Under the pieces are notes generated by a model. It did not search any database. It was given only the letters and a program-made list of their open reading frames with translations, and was not told where the DNA came from. Below are positions 24,430 to 37,600 of a stretch of DNA of 64,000 bases, piece by piece. Every line of letters starts with the position of its first letter. Position 1 is the stretch's first letter. Position numbers and translations under genes: made by a program. This DNA comes from the human T2T-CHM13v2.0 reference genome, Homo sapiens, in the NCBI RefSeq assembly GCF_009914755.1, contig NC_060932.1. One strand, written 5' to 3'.

Positions 24430-25870
24430 CTCGTTGAACACTTACTATATATATGTCATGTACTAAGTTCAGTTCTGAAAAGATGAAGCTTCAATATTGA
24501 ATGTCTTTGCAGTCTACAAAATGCTGTGGGAATACAGATGAGGAGCAGTGAACTCTCCTGATGAGGCGATAATGGAAGACACAGGAAATCACATGAAGAG
24601 GAATTGAATTTCAAGCTGGGCTTGGACCAGCAAGTAGGAGTTCAGCAGATAAAATCGGAGAGTGGGGAGAATATGCTGAACAAAGAGAATAGGATTTAAA
24701 AAAGGGATGGAGGTTTGATGGTCCATTTGAGAACAATAAAGGAAAAATGTGGCCAGAATTTAGGCTGTCTGTGAAGGTGTGAGGCAAACAGGGCTTGAAA
24801 GGTAGCCAGAGTGTTTGAATTTCATCCTGTAGAGGGAGCCATTTAGGATTACAGTACTGTTATATATTGCCATAGAACAGTAACTGAACTCAAAGTGCAT
24901 AAATGCATGAGAGGTGGGAAGTTGGAGCAAGGGCATCTTGTTTGGTAGGTATTGTAAAGGTCCATGAGGGAGCAGGGGGGTATGAATTGAGAGACAGCAG
25001 ACAGGATAGGATGGAGGGGATAATGGTGGGATAGTTGGGTAGAGCTAATAGGATTTAGCCACTGAACTAATTGAATGATAAAGGATAGGAGGGAGTTAAC
25101 TCCATTACTCTCTGGAGTGATGGTTTCTCTCTGGAGTGATGTGTATACTCAGATGACATTTGTCAAGACAGTAAATGGGAGAGTCGGAATATCTTTTGGG
25201 AAAATGATTGTTTGATTTGAAAGATGTTTATCAATGCTACCAGCTTTGATAGTTTTATAGTGATGGACAGGAAGCAATTGGAATATGGATTAAGAGCTCA
25301 GAAGAAATGTCAGTGCTAGAGAGAAAGTCAAGAATGATTTGCTTTAGAAGGGATAGTGGAAGCCCTGGATGAGATCATCAAGGTAGAGCATGCCAGATAA
25401 AAGAACAAGAAGACTAAAGCCTGAATCTTGGGAAATGTCTATATTTGAGGAGGGATGCAGAAAGGAATAAAGAGGGCACAGTTAAGAAAGAAGCCAGTAA
25501 GTAGTAACACAAACCAAGGGAGAAAAATTTCACAAAGGAGGGAAAATTAACAGTGTCAAATGCTGAAGAAGCCTGGTGACTCAGTAGAATGTGTTTGATA
25601 TTGAAAAATCCACTGGTGTCTTTGGAAGTGTAATTAATTAATGACTGTGGAATTCAAATGACAGGGCCAGGGAGTTAAGAAGCAACTATGAAGAGAGGAA
25701 TGAAAGCAGTGAGCATTGTACCTACTCTATCACAATGTTAATAACGAAGGGAAAGGAAGACCCATTGGGAACTTGGTGAAGTAGCCGTGTCTGGGAAGGT
25801 TTTTATTAAGACAAAGAGAAAAGTGGTCTAGGAAAAATAGTCATGGGAGAAAAAAGGATTGAAGGTCACA
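24430..25870 (-). mobile_element. Long L2 remnant, tail-to-tail with the previous L2
   Basis: ttgaacacttactat, tgctgtgggaatacagatgagg, tttcatcctgtagagggagcca, agagctcagaagaaa, cagtgtcaaatgctg. Confidence 0.7.
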
Positions 25871-26079
25871 GAGAGAAAACATTACTCATGGACTGATCCA
25901 GAAAAATGGAAGAAGAAAATGGGGTATTTTACTTGGGCCTTAAAATGATTAAATTCATTCTCTCACTGTTGTCAGATGATGGAAATTGTGAGTTCTCTGA
26001 GGTCTAGAAACAATAAAGCTAGGGGATATTTATTAGCTGTACTTATTAAATAATATTAAGGTATGTTATTAAGAATATT

Positions 26080-26301
26080 TATTTTTATTTATTTATTTGA
26101 GATGGGTCTCACTCTGTCGCCCAGGCTGGAGTGCAGTGGTGTAGTCATAGCTCGTTTTAATCTTGAACTTGTTGGCTTAAGTGATCCTCCCACATCAGCC
26201 TCCCAAGTAGCTGGGACTACAGGCGTGTGCCACCATGCCCAACTAATTTATTTATTTTTTGTAGAGACAAGGTCTCATGATGTTGCTCAGGCTAGTTTTG
26301 A
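26080..26301 (-). mobile_element. 5'-truncated AluJ
   Basis: Complete right arm and partial left arm; TSD-like gaatattt on both sides. Confidence 0.93.
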
Positions 26302-28061
26302 AGGAATATTTGTTAAGACTCACACCATTTTGAGGATTTTCTTTTTTAGGGCTGAAACTTCAGGATACATGGGAATACAAAGTGAGTCTGGCCTGAACTG
26401 AGAAGTGGTCAGCCAGGACTCTGCCCTGCATGTATGCAGAATGGGCACCACTGCTTTGGCTGCCTTTCCTTAGCCTTCAGCATAACCATGCCATTAGTTA
26501 GATTAAGGAAAGCAATTATTTGTAATAGAGTATATTTAACTTGGATCTACATTAGAAGAAAGCTCATTTCTGGTTATAATGTGGTTGTAAAACCTTACTC
26601 ATGTACAGTGGGCAATCTGTGGGCTGAAAGATTAAAAACCCTGAACATATTTCTTCTGATTCTGTGTGCTGTGCTTAACATGGTAACCCTGCAGCATGAG
26701 TGAAGACTGCAATTGAATGGTTAGCCACTGAACCAATAAATACACTCATTCAGCACGCAGGCAATGGTGAAGCACAGAGTATTGTCCCTTCCATCATTCT
26801 TCCTGGAAAAAGCAAGCAAACGTAAGTAGAAGACATTTGCATTCGGTGAATGTGTTTGGTTGTAGAGGACTTGTGAGCTCAAGATGCTAATGGTTTTGGC
26901 AATACGCAGATAAGGAATGTGTTTAGACAGAATTATCTGCTGAGCTGTTACATGACCTTCATATTGGATTAAGCTTTGTTTTTCAGAGCAACCATCGATT
27001 TCTCATGAAGTAGAGTATATTTCATGATTGTTCTTTAAATGGGCTCTTTAAAAAAGTAATGACTATCAGTAATTAAAATATCTGGTGAATATCAAAACCA
27101 TCAGGGCAGTAACTTGTACAAAAAAAACAGAGAGGCCTAAAAAAGTACAAGTTGTTGTTGTTTTTTTTTCACTTCTAAGCCAAAGGGAGAGTTACAGATT
27201 TACAGAGTGAAAACTTTGGCTGTTGGAACAAATTTGGTATTGCCTAAGTTGCTAAGTGAAGACTATCCTGAAGGAGAAGAGGAAGATATTTTGAATTTAT
27301 TCAAATTAAATTTATTATTTAAGATATTTTGAATTTATTTAAAACAAAAGTGAATTTTTGAATTTTTGAATTTTGAATTTTGAATTTATTTAAAACGAAA
27401 GTGCTCAATATTTCTGAAAATAACCCAAGGAAAAAATCAATAGGATATAAAATCAATAATATAGGGTTCTCAGGTGTTTTTCTCAGCATACATTCTACGG
27501 GGCTGGTCTCTAATTTCTGACTCTGTTAGATGTGGCTTGTTAGCTACAGCAGTACAGGGCATACTGGGAAAGAATTTTGCCCTAAAACTAGACTCTCATC
27601 TTTGGAGATGGACAGAACTGTTTATAAAGAACCTAAGATCTAAGCCGAAAGACAAAACAGGGTATTGGAACAATAAGTCCTGGATATCTGAAGGCTGTGT
27701 CCCCTTGCTCTTTTCATCCCGAAGATATTGCATAATTCCCAGCATATGGAATTCACTCAAAAATTATTTGTTGACAAAAAGAAGATCAGGTAATGAATGA
27801 TTCTACAGAAAAATACACTGTAATAATGGGGGTATCCAGGGATAGAAGTGTTCAGACATTCAGGCAATTGGCACTGGGGAAAAGTCTGTTAGGAAACAAT
27901 GAGAGAGAAACATAGATAGGGGTTCAGAGTCAGGATCTAAGTCCCAAGAGAACAGGACTAGGGCTGGTCTTTGAGGTGCTGATAATGTAGGAAAGTTGCC
28001 AAAGCAAAATCCAAGTCTGAAGGATAAGACAAAATCTCATTTATCGAGCCTATGTGACTAA

Positions 28062-28575
28062 ATCATTCATCTATTCATTTATTCATTCAACAATTTATTA
28101 TTGAGTGTCTTCCCTGTGCCAAGTGCACTGCTAGATGCTAGGAATAAAACAAAAAGAGACAAAGATTCCTGTTCTCATGTGGCTAATAGTAAGAAGAGAC
28201 AGAAAATCAAGAAAAAAAAAGATAATTAAAATACAGAGTTTACTAGATGACATCAAATACTTTAAAGAAAAATAAAGGAAGAAGAGATAGTAAGCATTGG
28301 ACATTATCACTAAGGTGACATTTGAATAAAGACAAGAAAAAAAAAGGTAATGGAATGATCCCCAGAGATATCTCAGGGAGGAGTAGAGACAGAGGGAACA
28401 GCAGGTACAAAGGTCCTGGGCTCTGAGTCTGGAGTGGATCAGAAATTTTCCAGAAAGCAGGGGGCCTTGTGTAGCTTGTAGCAAGTGATCAAGTAGGCAA
28501 GTAACAGGAGATGAAATCAGAGAGGCAAGGGGAGGAGCAGAATGCAGGCAGATCCTGTAGGACTTTGTGGGATTG
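28062..28575 (-). mobile_element. L2a 3' end
   Basis: cattcattcaacaatttattattgagtg..tgtgccaag..agacaaagattcctgttctcatg..aaggtgacatttga. Confidence 0.8.
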
Positions 28576-29235
28576 GACTAGATGTGCTGAAATCTGGCCT
28601 CTCTACAATCAGAACTGTTTTTCAAGATCAAGGTCAGGCAAAGCCTACTGGGATGGGTTTGATAAAAAGCACTTCTTGTGAGCTGTGAAGAGGTTGAGAA
28701 CCACTTGGGTGCTATCAGTTAATCCTCAGGAAAAAAAAATGCTCAGGAAGCAAAATGTGTCATCAGCACCCTCAGCTTCTTCTGGGGACCTTTCCCATGT
28801 CACTGTGCCCAACCCTTAGAGGAACACACTTATGTCCTATTTCCATAGAATCTAATTTTCAGTGAAAAACTCAAGTATTAGTGTTTCTGGCTTAATATCA
28901 ACCAAGGGTTATTTAAATTATAATTTGGCCAGACTACAAAGTCCTCGGTATGTAAAGTAACATAATGATGGAATGAGAAACCTTGAGTGAACATGCTCTG
29001 GCATGGAACTGGTTATCTTTGGCTGGTTTTCCACTGGCAACTCCTTGTATGCGCAGTACCTGATGTCTAAACACAGCTCCTGTTTTTATAGTTACTTTCT
29101 CTGTATATGTAGATGTATGTAGTTTATTATGTACATAGTTAACTATGTGTGTTGAAGTAAAATTCCTAGTGTAATTTAGCCTTTAAGTAAATATAATAAA
29201 ACAAAATAAAGTCTGAATTTAAGAAATATAAGTGA

Positions 29236-29571
29236 GGCCAGGCACGATGGCTCACACCTGTAATCCCAGCACTTTGGGAGGCCCAGGCGGGAGATCACTT
29301 GAGGTCAGGAGTTTGAGACCAGCCTGGCCAATGTGATGAAACCCCATCACTACTAAAGATACAAAAATTAGCCGGGTGTGGTGGCACATGTCTGTAATTC
29401 CAGCTACTCAGGGGGCTGAGGCAGGAGAATCACTTGAACCAAGGAGGTGGGGGTTGCAGTGAGCCGAGATCATGCCACTGCACTCCAGCTGGGGTTACAG
29501 AGCCAGACTCTGTCTCAAAAATATAAAAAAAGAAAAGAAAAAAGAAAAAAAAAGAAAAAGAAAAGAAAAGA
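29236..29571 (+). mobile_element. AluS (Sx/Sz-like) with AAAAG-rich tail
   Basis: gatcacttgaggtcaggagtttgagaccagcctggccaa; TSD aagaaatataagt at 29221-29233 and 29572-29584. Confidence 0.97.
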
Positions 29572-30798
29572 AAGAAATATAAGTATTCTCCAACATTCTA
29601 ATTCTGGGTCATCAATGCCCCTCCATTATCTGTTTATTAAACCAGTTGCCCAGCAATATCTGACCCCTACATAACTGCTAGGGAAAGGACAAATGGAATT
29701 TACAGAAACAGAGACCCAGTAGAGGCATTTATGGACTAACTTCTATTTGCATAAAATTACCGGGTTTGTTCATTTTTAGATTATTTTGAAATGCTGAGAG
29801 GCCCTATTCCAGAAGGGATGGATGCCTGGTTCTTCACATACATTAAGCAGCAAGGGAGTGACAAAAAGAAGGCATATTGTTTTATCCTTTTTTTTCCGGG
29901 AAACAGGACCTCTTGAGTTGAGGGGACTCAGAACTCTCTAGGAATTTCGTTCTATTCTACTTCATACTCATCATAAGCCAAACCTATGCATCCATGAGTG
30001 TAAAATCAGTTGTTCAGCCACTGCTTAGCACAGCTAGTTTATCAAACAGGGTATTGTGGAGTCTAAATAGAAACAAAAAGCTTATTGATTTAGACAATTC
30101 TCTTGAGAGCTCATTGAATTTATTGTGATATTTTTCTTTATACAGAAAAGCAGATTAGTACCTGATAACAGATCAGCACATTTGTAAATGCTGAATGCTG
30201 AGTTGTAGTCAACATGTGATTGAATGCAGAATTCCTAATTATTTTGCTTTATTGTGTTAGCTGCAAGAACAGCGAGGGGTAATGAGGTTCTGATCTCTTC
30301 TGCAGGGGCCTAGCATAGCTATCGGAGAGGCAGAGATGGGCTAAACCCTGAGGTGCACTCCAGACCCAAGCGAGGCTGATTTCAGCAGTTGCTGAGAGGC
30401 TGTGCATGATAGGTGTCAGAGCTAAATGTGTACATTCAGAGAAGAAGGTGGAGGATGGAGGACACAGGTGCTCTGGCGGGTTAATCTGTACTTGAGATGA
30501 CAGGTGTCCCTATTACCCCTGGGGTGAGATTTTAATTCCAGGGTGGAGGGGAGGTAGTGGTGAAGATGAATCCACACTTGGGGAGGAAAGCGTTGCTGTG
30601 GCGGTTATTCAGGAGGTAAGGGTCAAGGCAACTATTTCCCTGAATTATCAGGTTGAAAATACGGAAAACTTAAGTGATAATGAGATTAAGATCTAGTCCC
30701 TCAGAGGCAAGAGGAGATTGGTTTCCTTGGAGGTGAGTTGTACCCAACAGCTGTGTAAAGCGATATTTTTGTTTGCTATAAAGACAAAACAAAACAAG

Positions 30799-30822
30799 AC
30801 ACACACACACACACACACACAC
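30799..30822. repeat. (AC)12 microsatellite
   Basis: Perfect dinucleotide run. Confidence 0.95.
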
Positions 30823-31345
30823 TCTTTATTGATGCATGATATATACACAGAAATGTGCATATGTCATAAGCATACAGAGTGAGGAATATTTACAAACAGA
30901 GCCACTTGTGTAACCGGTACTCAGACCAAGAAACAATATTATCAACCAGACACCTCATAGTGTCCATTAGTTTTACCTGCTTTGGTATTTTATGTAAACA
31001 GCATCATGCTGTATGTAATCTTTCATGCTTGGCACCTTTCACTCAATGTTATGTTTGTAGGATCTATTCATATTGTTGCATGTTGTTATTATTTCTATAG
31101 AGTATTCCATTGTATGAATATCACCATTTTTATATCCATTCTACTCTTTATGGACATTTGGGTGGTTTCTAATCTTGAAGTACTATAAATAGTGTTTCCA
31201 TGAGCATTCTTTTGGTGAATATGCTTACACATTTCTGTTGGGTATAAGCCCAGAAGTGGAGATGCTAACTGATGAGGGATATGATCTTCAGCTTTGGTAG
31301 ATGCTGCCAGTTTTCCAAAGTGTGGTTGTACCAATTTTTGTCTGC
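30823..31345 (-). mobile_element. L1ME 3' end
   Basis: gtattccattgtatgaatat, atggacatttgggt, catttctgttgggtata..agaagtgga, gttttccaaag..gttgtaccaattt. Confidence 0.8.
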
Positions 31346-31755
31346 CCCTATTTTTTTTTTAAATGTGAGTGGCACAAAAATTTTCACTTAGCTCTTGCCT
31401 GAAGTACTTCCTTATTTCCTTCTTGTCTTAAAGTGTCTAAGTTTTGGGTAACAACAAGGCTTTCTGCCAAGTCTCAAGAAGTTTAAGCTGTAGAATTTTA
31501 AAAAAGGGGGAAATTAGGGAATAAGTCTGAGCAATAAAAATAAAATTACATGAGGTTATTATGCAAGACTGGGCCCCCAAGTCTCTTTAGCTCTTATTTT
31601 CTCCCCCAAGTATCAGCCCTTTATTTAACTTTTGTGCCCCACTCTAGTATTTCACTGTAGTTCTTTTTTTCACGAAAGCTCCCAGTATCTTCAGGTTCCT
31701 GCACAAAGTCAAGTTGTAGAAGATGAATCTCAGAGTTCCCAGTACATTGGGATTT

Positions 31756-31859
31756 GTATTAGTCTGTTCTCACACTGCTATGAAGAACTACCTGAGACTG
31801 GGTAATTTATGAAGCAAAGAGGTTTAATTGATTCAGTTCCACAGGCTCAACAGGAAGCA
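31756..31859 (-). mobile_element. MST (MSTA-like) LTR fragment
   Basis: tgtattagtctgttctcacactgctatgaagaactacctgagactgggtaatttat..aaagaggtttaattg. Confidence 0.85.
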
Positions 31860-32269
31860 GATGTTTTCATAAACAGATTCTCACTGTCAGCTTTTTCAGT
31901 CAACATTTTGCTCTTTCCCATAAATTTCAAGGCCCCAGGGGGAAAATTAATTTATATTTTTTGTTAACTGTAACTCTGTTTATGTGAGATTTACTTTCTT
32001 CTTAAAAAAAACAAAAACAAAAAATAACTGCTAGAATCAATGGTTAAAATATGCTCTTAAAGATAAGCCATGGAGCTTTCACTGTACTTTATATATTAAA
32101 GGCTTGAATTAAGAAAAGAATCATAGATAGAATATTTTACCTTAGGGAGCTTATATCTAGCTGGTGTATGGCTTTCATCAGAATTCTTCAGTTTCATTGA
32201 TGGAAACCTAATTCAAACAGACTTAAAATAGAAAATTGATCATTCAATTCCTGCCAACATCTCTGCTCC

Positions 32270-32645
32270 TAACATTTCCACATTTCCATTTCCACTGGCC
32301 TAACTGCTTATTTTCAGCACCCTTTGCCCGTAAGCTCTTTCTGGCCTTATGTAGGGGAGAAAGGTTGGAAGTGCTCTAGAATTAACAATAAGGAGTGTCC
32401 ATCTACCAATGACAGGGGTTGGTGAACAAATACCCCAGCCTCCTTGTCTCTCCAGGTCCTAGAGTTTCCTATTGAGATTAAATTCAAGTTACCCAACATG
32501 ACACTTTGCTTGGTAATACACACTTTATTGGCTTTTTTCTTTTCTTTACCTTACTTCTCTACTCCCCTGATAGTATTTTACGACATCAATACCTAAATAA
32601 ACTACTTGCACTATAAGCCTCATCTCGAGAACTACTTCTGGTGAT
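32270..32645 (+). mobile_element. ERVL LTR16-like
   Basis: ccaatgacaggggttggtgaacaaataccccagcc, tttattggctt, aaataaactacttgcact. Confidence 0.6.
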
Positions 32646-32739
32646 AAAAAATCAGGTGCCACATGCAGGCTTAGAAAACAAAACAAAAACCCAACTCCTT
32701 CTGAGTGAACTCACACTAAAACAAGTGGCTTTTCTAAGA

Positions 32740-33215
32740 GAAAGAAATTCAAAGTAAATTTCAGGCACCCCTAAATCCAGGGGCTTAAGTGATGTCATTG
32801 AGAGTGCATTTCCCTTGTTTGTCTCTTCAGTTTTTTATCTTAGAGTTATTATCACCCATTGGCTTCTATTAAGATTGCCAGTGGCCCAGTGGCCCAAGAT
32901 GATTGCAGTGGCCCAGCTGTAGACCATATTCTCTCAGCAGCACCAACTCCAAAAGAGCTATTCTACTCTGGTTTTTCTGATGGAAAGGGCTATGACTTCA
33001 TTGGTCTGAATTTAGTCCATGTCTAGCTTTAATCCAATCAATATGAGAATAGGGATGGAATATACTGACTGGAATATACCTGGGTCAAGTATTTAATCCT
33101 GGAGCTAGGGTTGAGTTAAGCCCATCCACATCACATCTCTGCAAATAAAGGACAGTGGTTTTTTCCAAGGGGTAATCAGGTTTCTCTTTACAGAAAGAAA
33201 AGGATGCTAGAAAGG
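32740..33215 (-). mobile_element. MLT1K-like MaLR LTR
   Basis: ttcaggca..atccaggggcttaagtgatgtcat, tcattggtc, ccaatca, cctgggtca..cctggagctaggg. Confidence 0.6.
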
Positions 33216-33769
33216 TAAACACTCTCAAGAAGCAAGATATTTATGTTCAAGATATTTACGTACAGCAGTGCAAGGCAAGTGTGGGTATCAAATAAGTGAT
33301 GAAAGCATTTGTGATGTAGGCAGAATTATCATCCAGGAACTAAGAATGGCACCAGGAAGAGAAAAAGGAGAAAATGTTAATTCTTAATTCATCAATGGTC
33401 TCCATCTGTGAAACATGACTAATGTTATTCTAAAACATATAACTACCATCAGTTGAAGTTAGGCATAGGAAAACTCCTCCAAAGGTGGCCAGTAGCTTGC
33501 TGTAGTCCTGTGAAAGGATGGCTATTAATATACATTTTATAGCATAAGCCAGAGTACAGGAACCAATTCGTATAGTAAAAAACAATGGATAAAGAGCACT
33601 TTTATGGTCTTCTGTAGTACCATTTAGTACCATTTTATTCATAGTGGCCATTTTTATTTAAAGCATAGAATAACTATGAACAGAAGATTATAAAATATCA
33701 AATTGTTGTCCAGAGTATTGATATTTTCTACCAATATTCCTGTATAGCCTCTGTGTGTACAGTGAAGAC

Positions 33770-33975
33770 ATAGGTATATTGGAAGAGGAAAGAATTTGGA
33801 GTTGGACAGACTTGGGTTCAAATCATGGCTTTGTGATTTATAAACAGAATTTGTAACATTCTTCAGATCTCTCGACCTCAGTTTCCTCACTTGTAAGAAT
33901 GATTTTATAATGCCTCTCTCACAAACTTGTGAGGATTAAATGAGATTATAAATAAATGAATTGGTCCTTAGTATA
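33770..33975 (+). mobile_element. MIR
   Basis: ttggagttggacagacttgggttcaaatc..cctcagtttcctcacttgtaa..tgtgaggattaaatgagat. Confidence 0.8.
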
Positions 33976-34539
33976 ATGTGATTGTAATGATGGACACTGA
34001 TAATTTTTAAAGAGAAAAATGTTGGCCAAAGGAGAGTAACAAGTAAAAAATAGTAATTAAATAACACAGTTTCAACAGATTCCATGAAAATTTGGCTGTT
34101 ATCTTCAAAAATATTTTTAAGCAAGGAGAGACCATAGAAGCCTAATTCAGTTCAGGGTGTTGGTATATCCCACCAGTCCAAATCAATTTGACAATTCATT
34201 TTCTACTTTGCAGTAAGTAAAAGCAAAAAGAATGATTAACTTTTGTTCAAAAAGAAACAAATGCACAACCATGAAAAGAACTTCCCCCATATATCTTTGT
34301 GGGAAAATCAAGTAACCCTTTGCTTCTCTGTCCCTCTTGGGCATAGGAAATATGCTTTTGGTGGCACTGCGCCATTTTACTTTATTGCTTATAAGGAAGA
34401 AAACAGATGGAAATTTTCTCAGGAATTCTGATTGTCCTTTTCATGGTTAAAACATGGTTTGTGGTCTATTTTTTCTCAAATATCTGTTACATATATTAAG
34501 TAAGTTCATTGTTTTAAGAATAGATTGACAAAGTCATTC

Positions 34540-34612
34540 AGAAAGGCTGACAATAAGAGGAAGAGCAAAGGCAACCTATACAAATGCAAACAAAAAGAAA
34601 GCAAGAATCATC
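34540..34612 (+). mobile_element. Ancient L1 ORF2 endonuclease remnant (left part; continues at 40926)
   Basis: caaatgcaaacaaaaagaaagcaag matches the ANxNxKKAG region of L1 EN. Confidence 0.5.
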
Positions 34613-34619
34613 CTTTTTG

Positions 34620-37600
34620 GTGTTTGATTTTATCTTTTTAAAAATTTGTACAAATTTCTGGGTACATGTGAAATTTCATTAGGTATGTATAATGCATAGT
34701 GATGAAGTCAGAGTACTCAGCGTGTCCATTACCCAAGTACAATACATTTTTGTTTAACTATAGTCACCCTACTCTGCTGTCACACAATGACTTTATTCCT
34801 TCTATCAATTTGTATGCTTGTATACCCTTTAACCTATTGCTCTTCATCCTTGCTCTCCGATATTCACCCTTCCTAGTCTCTGTTACCTACCTTTCCACTC
34901 TCCACCCCCATGTGATCAAATTTTTTAACTCTGACATGTAAGTGAGAACATGTGATATGTCTTTTTGTGCCTGGCTTATTTTACTTAAGATAATGACCTT
35001 CCATTCATGTTGTTTTAAATGACATGATTTCGTTCTTTTTTTTGTGGCTGAATAAAGTATTTTGTTGTGTATATATACATTTTCCTTATCCAATCATCTA
35101 TTGATGGATACTTAGGTTGATTTTGCAACTTTGCTATTGTGAATAAATCTGCAATAAACATGTGAGTGTGGGTATCCCATTGATACATTGATTTTGTAGA
35201 CACGAATAGTGAGATTGCTGTATCAAACGGTAATTCTACTTTTAGCTATTTTAGAAATCTTCATAGTGTTAACTACAGTGGAAGACTAGTTTACATTTCC
35301 ACCAACAGTGTATAACAGTTCCCTTTTCTGTGCATCCTCACCAAGATATGTTATTTTTTTTTTGTCTTTTTAATGATAGCCATTCAGACTGGGGTAAGAT
35401 GACAAGTAATGTTGAGTATTTTTTTAATACACCTGTTGGCTATTTATATGTCTTCTTTTGAGAAATGTCTCTTCATTTCCTTTGCCCACTTTTTAATGGG
35501 ATTATTTTGTTGTTGTTGTTGAGGTGGTTGCATTCCTTGTATATTCTGAATATTAGTCCCCTGCTAGATGAATAGTTTGCAAATATTCCGTTCCATTCAA
35601 CAGGTTGTCTGTTTACTCTGTCGAGTATTTCTTTTGCTGTGTGGAAACTTTTTAGTTTAATTAAGTTCTATTTGCCTTTTTTGTTGTTGTTGCCTGGGCT
35701 TTTGAGGTCTTAGTCATAGATTATTTGCCTAGACCAATGTCCGGGAGAGTTTTCTTCAGGTTTTCTTCTAGTGTTTTTATATTTTCATGTCTTACATTTA
35801 AGTCTTTAGCCCATTTTGAGTTTATTTTTGTGTATGGTAAGAGATAGGGGTCCAGTTTCATTCTTTGGAATGTGGCTATCCAATTTTCCTAGCATAATTT
35901 TTTGAAAAGGTGGTCCTTTTCCAAATGTAAGTTCTTGTGGGCTTTATCAAAAAGCGGTTGGCTATAAATAAGTGGATTTATTTCTATATTTGGTTCCATT
36001 GGTTTATGTGTCTATTTTTATGCTGTTTTGGTTACTATAGCCTTGCAATACATTTTGAAGTCAAATAATGTGATGCCTCTAGCTTTGTTCTTTTTGTTCA
36101 GTATTGCTTTGGCGATACAGGCTCTTTTTTGGTTCCATATGAATTTAGGATGATTTTTCTAATTCTGGGAAGAATTATGTTGATATTTTGACAAGCATTG
36201 CATTAAATCTGTAGATTGCTTTGTGCAATATGATAATTTTAATGATATTAATTCTTCATCCATAGCATGGGATATTTTTCCATTTGTTTGTGTTTCTCTC
36301 ATCAGTGTTTTTAAGTTTACCTTGTAGAGATCTTTCACCTCCTTGTTTAGATTTATTACTAGGTATTTTATTTTTCTTATAGCTATTGTAAATGGGCTTT
36401 TCTTCTTGTTTTCTTTCTCAGCTAAATCATTATTAGTGTAAAAAACACACTACTGATTTCTGGTAGGTTTATTTTGTATCCTGCAACTTAACTGAATTTG
36501 TTTATCAATTCTAAGAGTTTTTTGGTAGAGTCTTTAGGTTTTTCTAAGTATAAGATTATATTATCAGCAAAGTGGGACAATGAGACTACCACTTTTCCAA
36601 TTTGGATGCCCTTTATTTCTTTCTGTTGCTTGACTGCTCTGGCTAGGACTTCCAGTATTATGTTGACTAGGAGTGGTAAAAGTGGGCATCATCATCTTGT
36701 TTTAGTTCTTACAGGAAATGCTTTCAACTTTTTCTCATTCAGTACAATGTTAGCTATGGGTTTTCCATACATAGCTGCTATTAATTTGAGTTATGTTCCT
36801 TCCATGCCTAGTTTGTTGAAGGCTTTTATCTTGAAGGGATGTTTAATTTTATCAAATGCTTATTTGCATCTATTGAGGTGATCAAATGGTTTTCATCCTT
36901 CATTCTGTTGATGTAATGTATCATGTTTATTGTTTGCATATGTTGAATCATCCCTGCATCCCTGGTATAAGTCCCATTTGATTGTGGTATATTATGTTTT
37001 TGATGTGCTGTTGGATTCGATTTGGTAGTATTTTGTTAAGGATTTTTGTACATCAAGCTCTAGGTTTTCCAGTTGGTCAGTGTATAGTTGTCCATAGTAG
37101 TCTCTGATAAGTTTTGTATTTCCTTTTTTACTTCTGACTTTATTTGGCTCTTCTCTCTTCTTTTCTTGGTTAAGCTATCTAGCGGTCTATCAATTTTGTT
37201 TATCTTTCTGAAGAACCAGTTTTTTGTTTCATTTTTCCTTTGTATTGTTTGTAGTCTTTATTTCATTTAATTCTGCCTTGATCTTTATTATTTGTTTTCT
37301 TCTGCTAAATTGGATTTCATTTGTTCCTGCTTTTCTACTTCCTTGACATGAACTATTAGATTGTTAATTTGTAAACTTTCTACTTTTTTTGATGTAGGCA
37401 TTTAATGCTATAAACTTCCCTCTTAGTATTACTTTTGCTGTATTCCACAGACTTTGGCATGGTATTTCTCTTTTCATTTGTCTCAAGAAATTTTTTGATT
37501 TCCATCTTCACTTCTTCATTGACCCTATGGTCATTCAGGAACATGTTGTTTAATTTCCATGTATTTGTGTAGTTTCCAAAGTTATTGGTATTAAATTTTA

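Noticed and set aside
7217-33635. Short perfect tandem duplications (tgaattgcttca x2 ~7217, accttgaaaata x2 ~11029, tagtaccatt x2 ~33615)
   Set aside because: Ordinary slippage indels expected in any primate window
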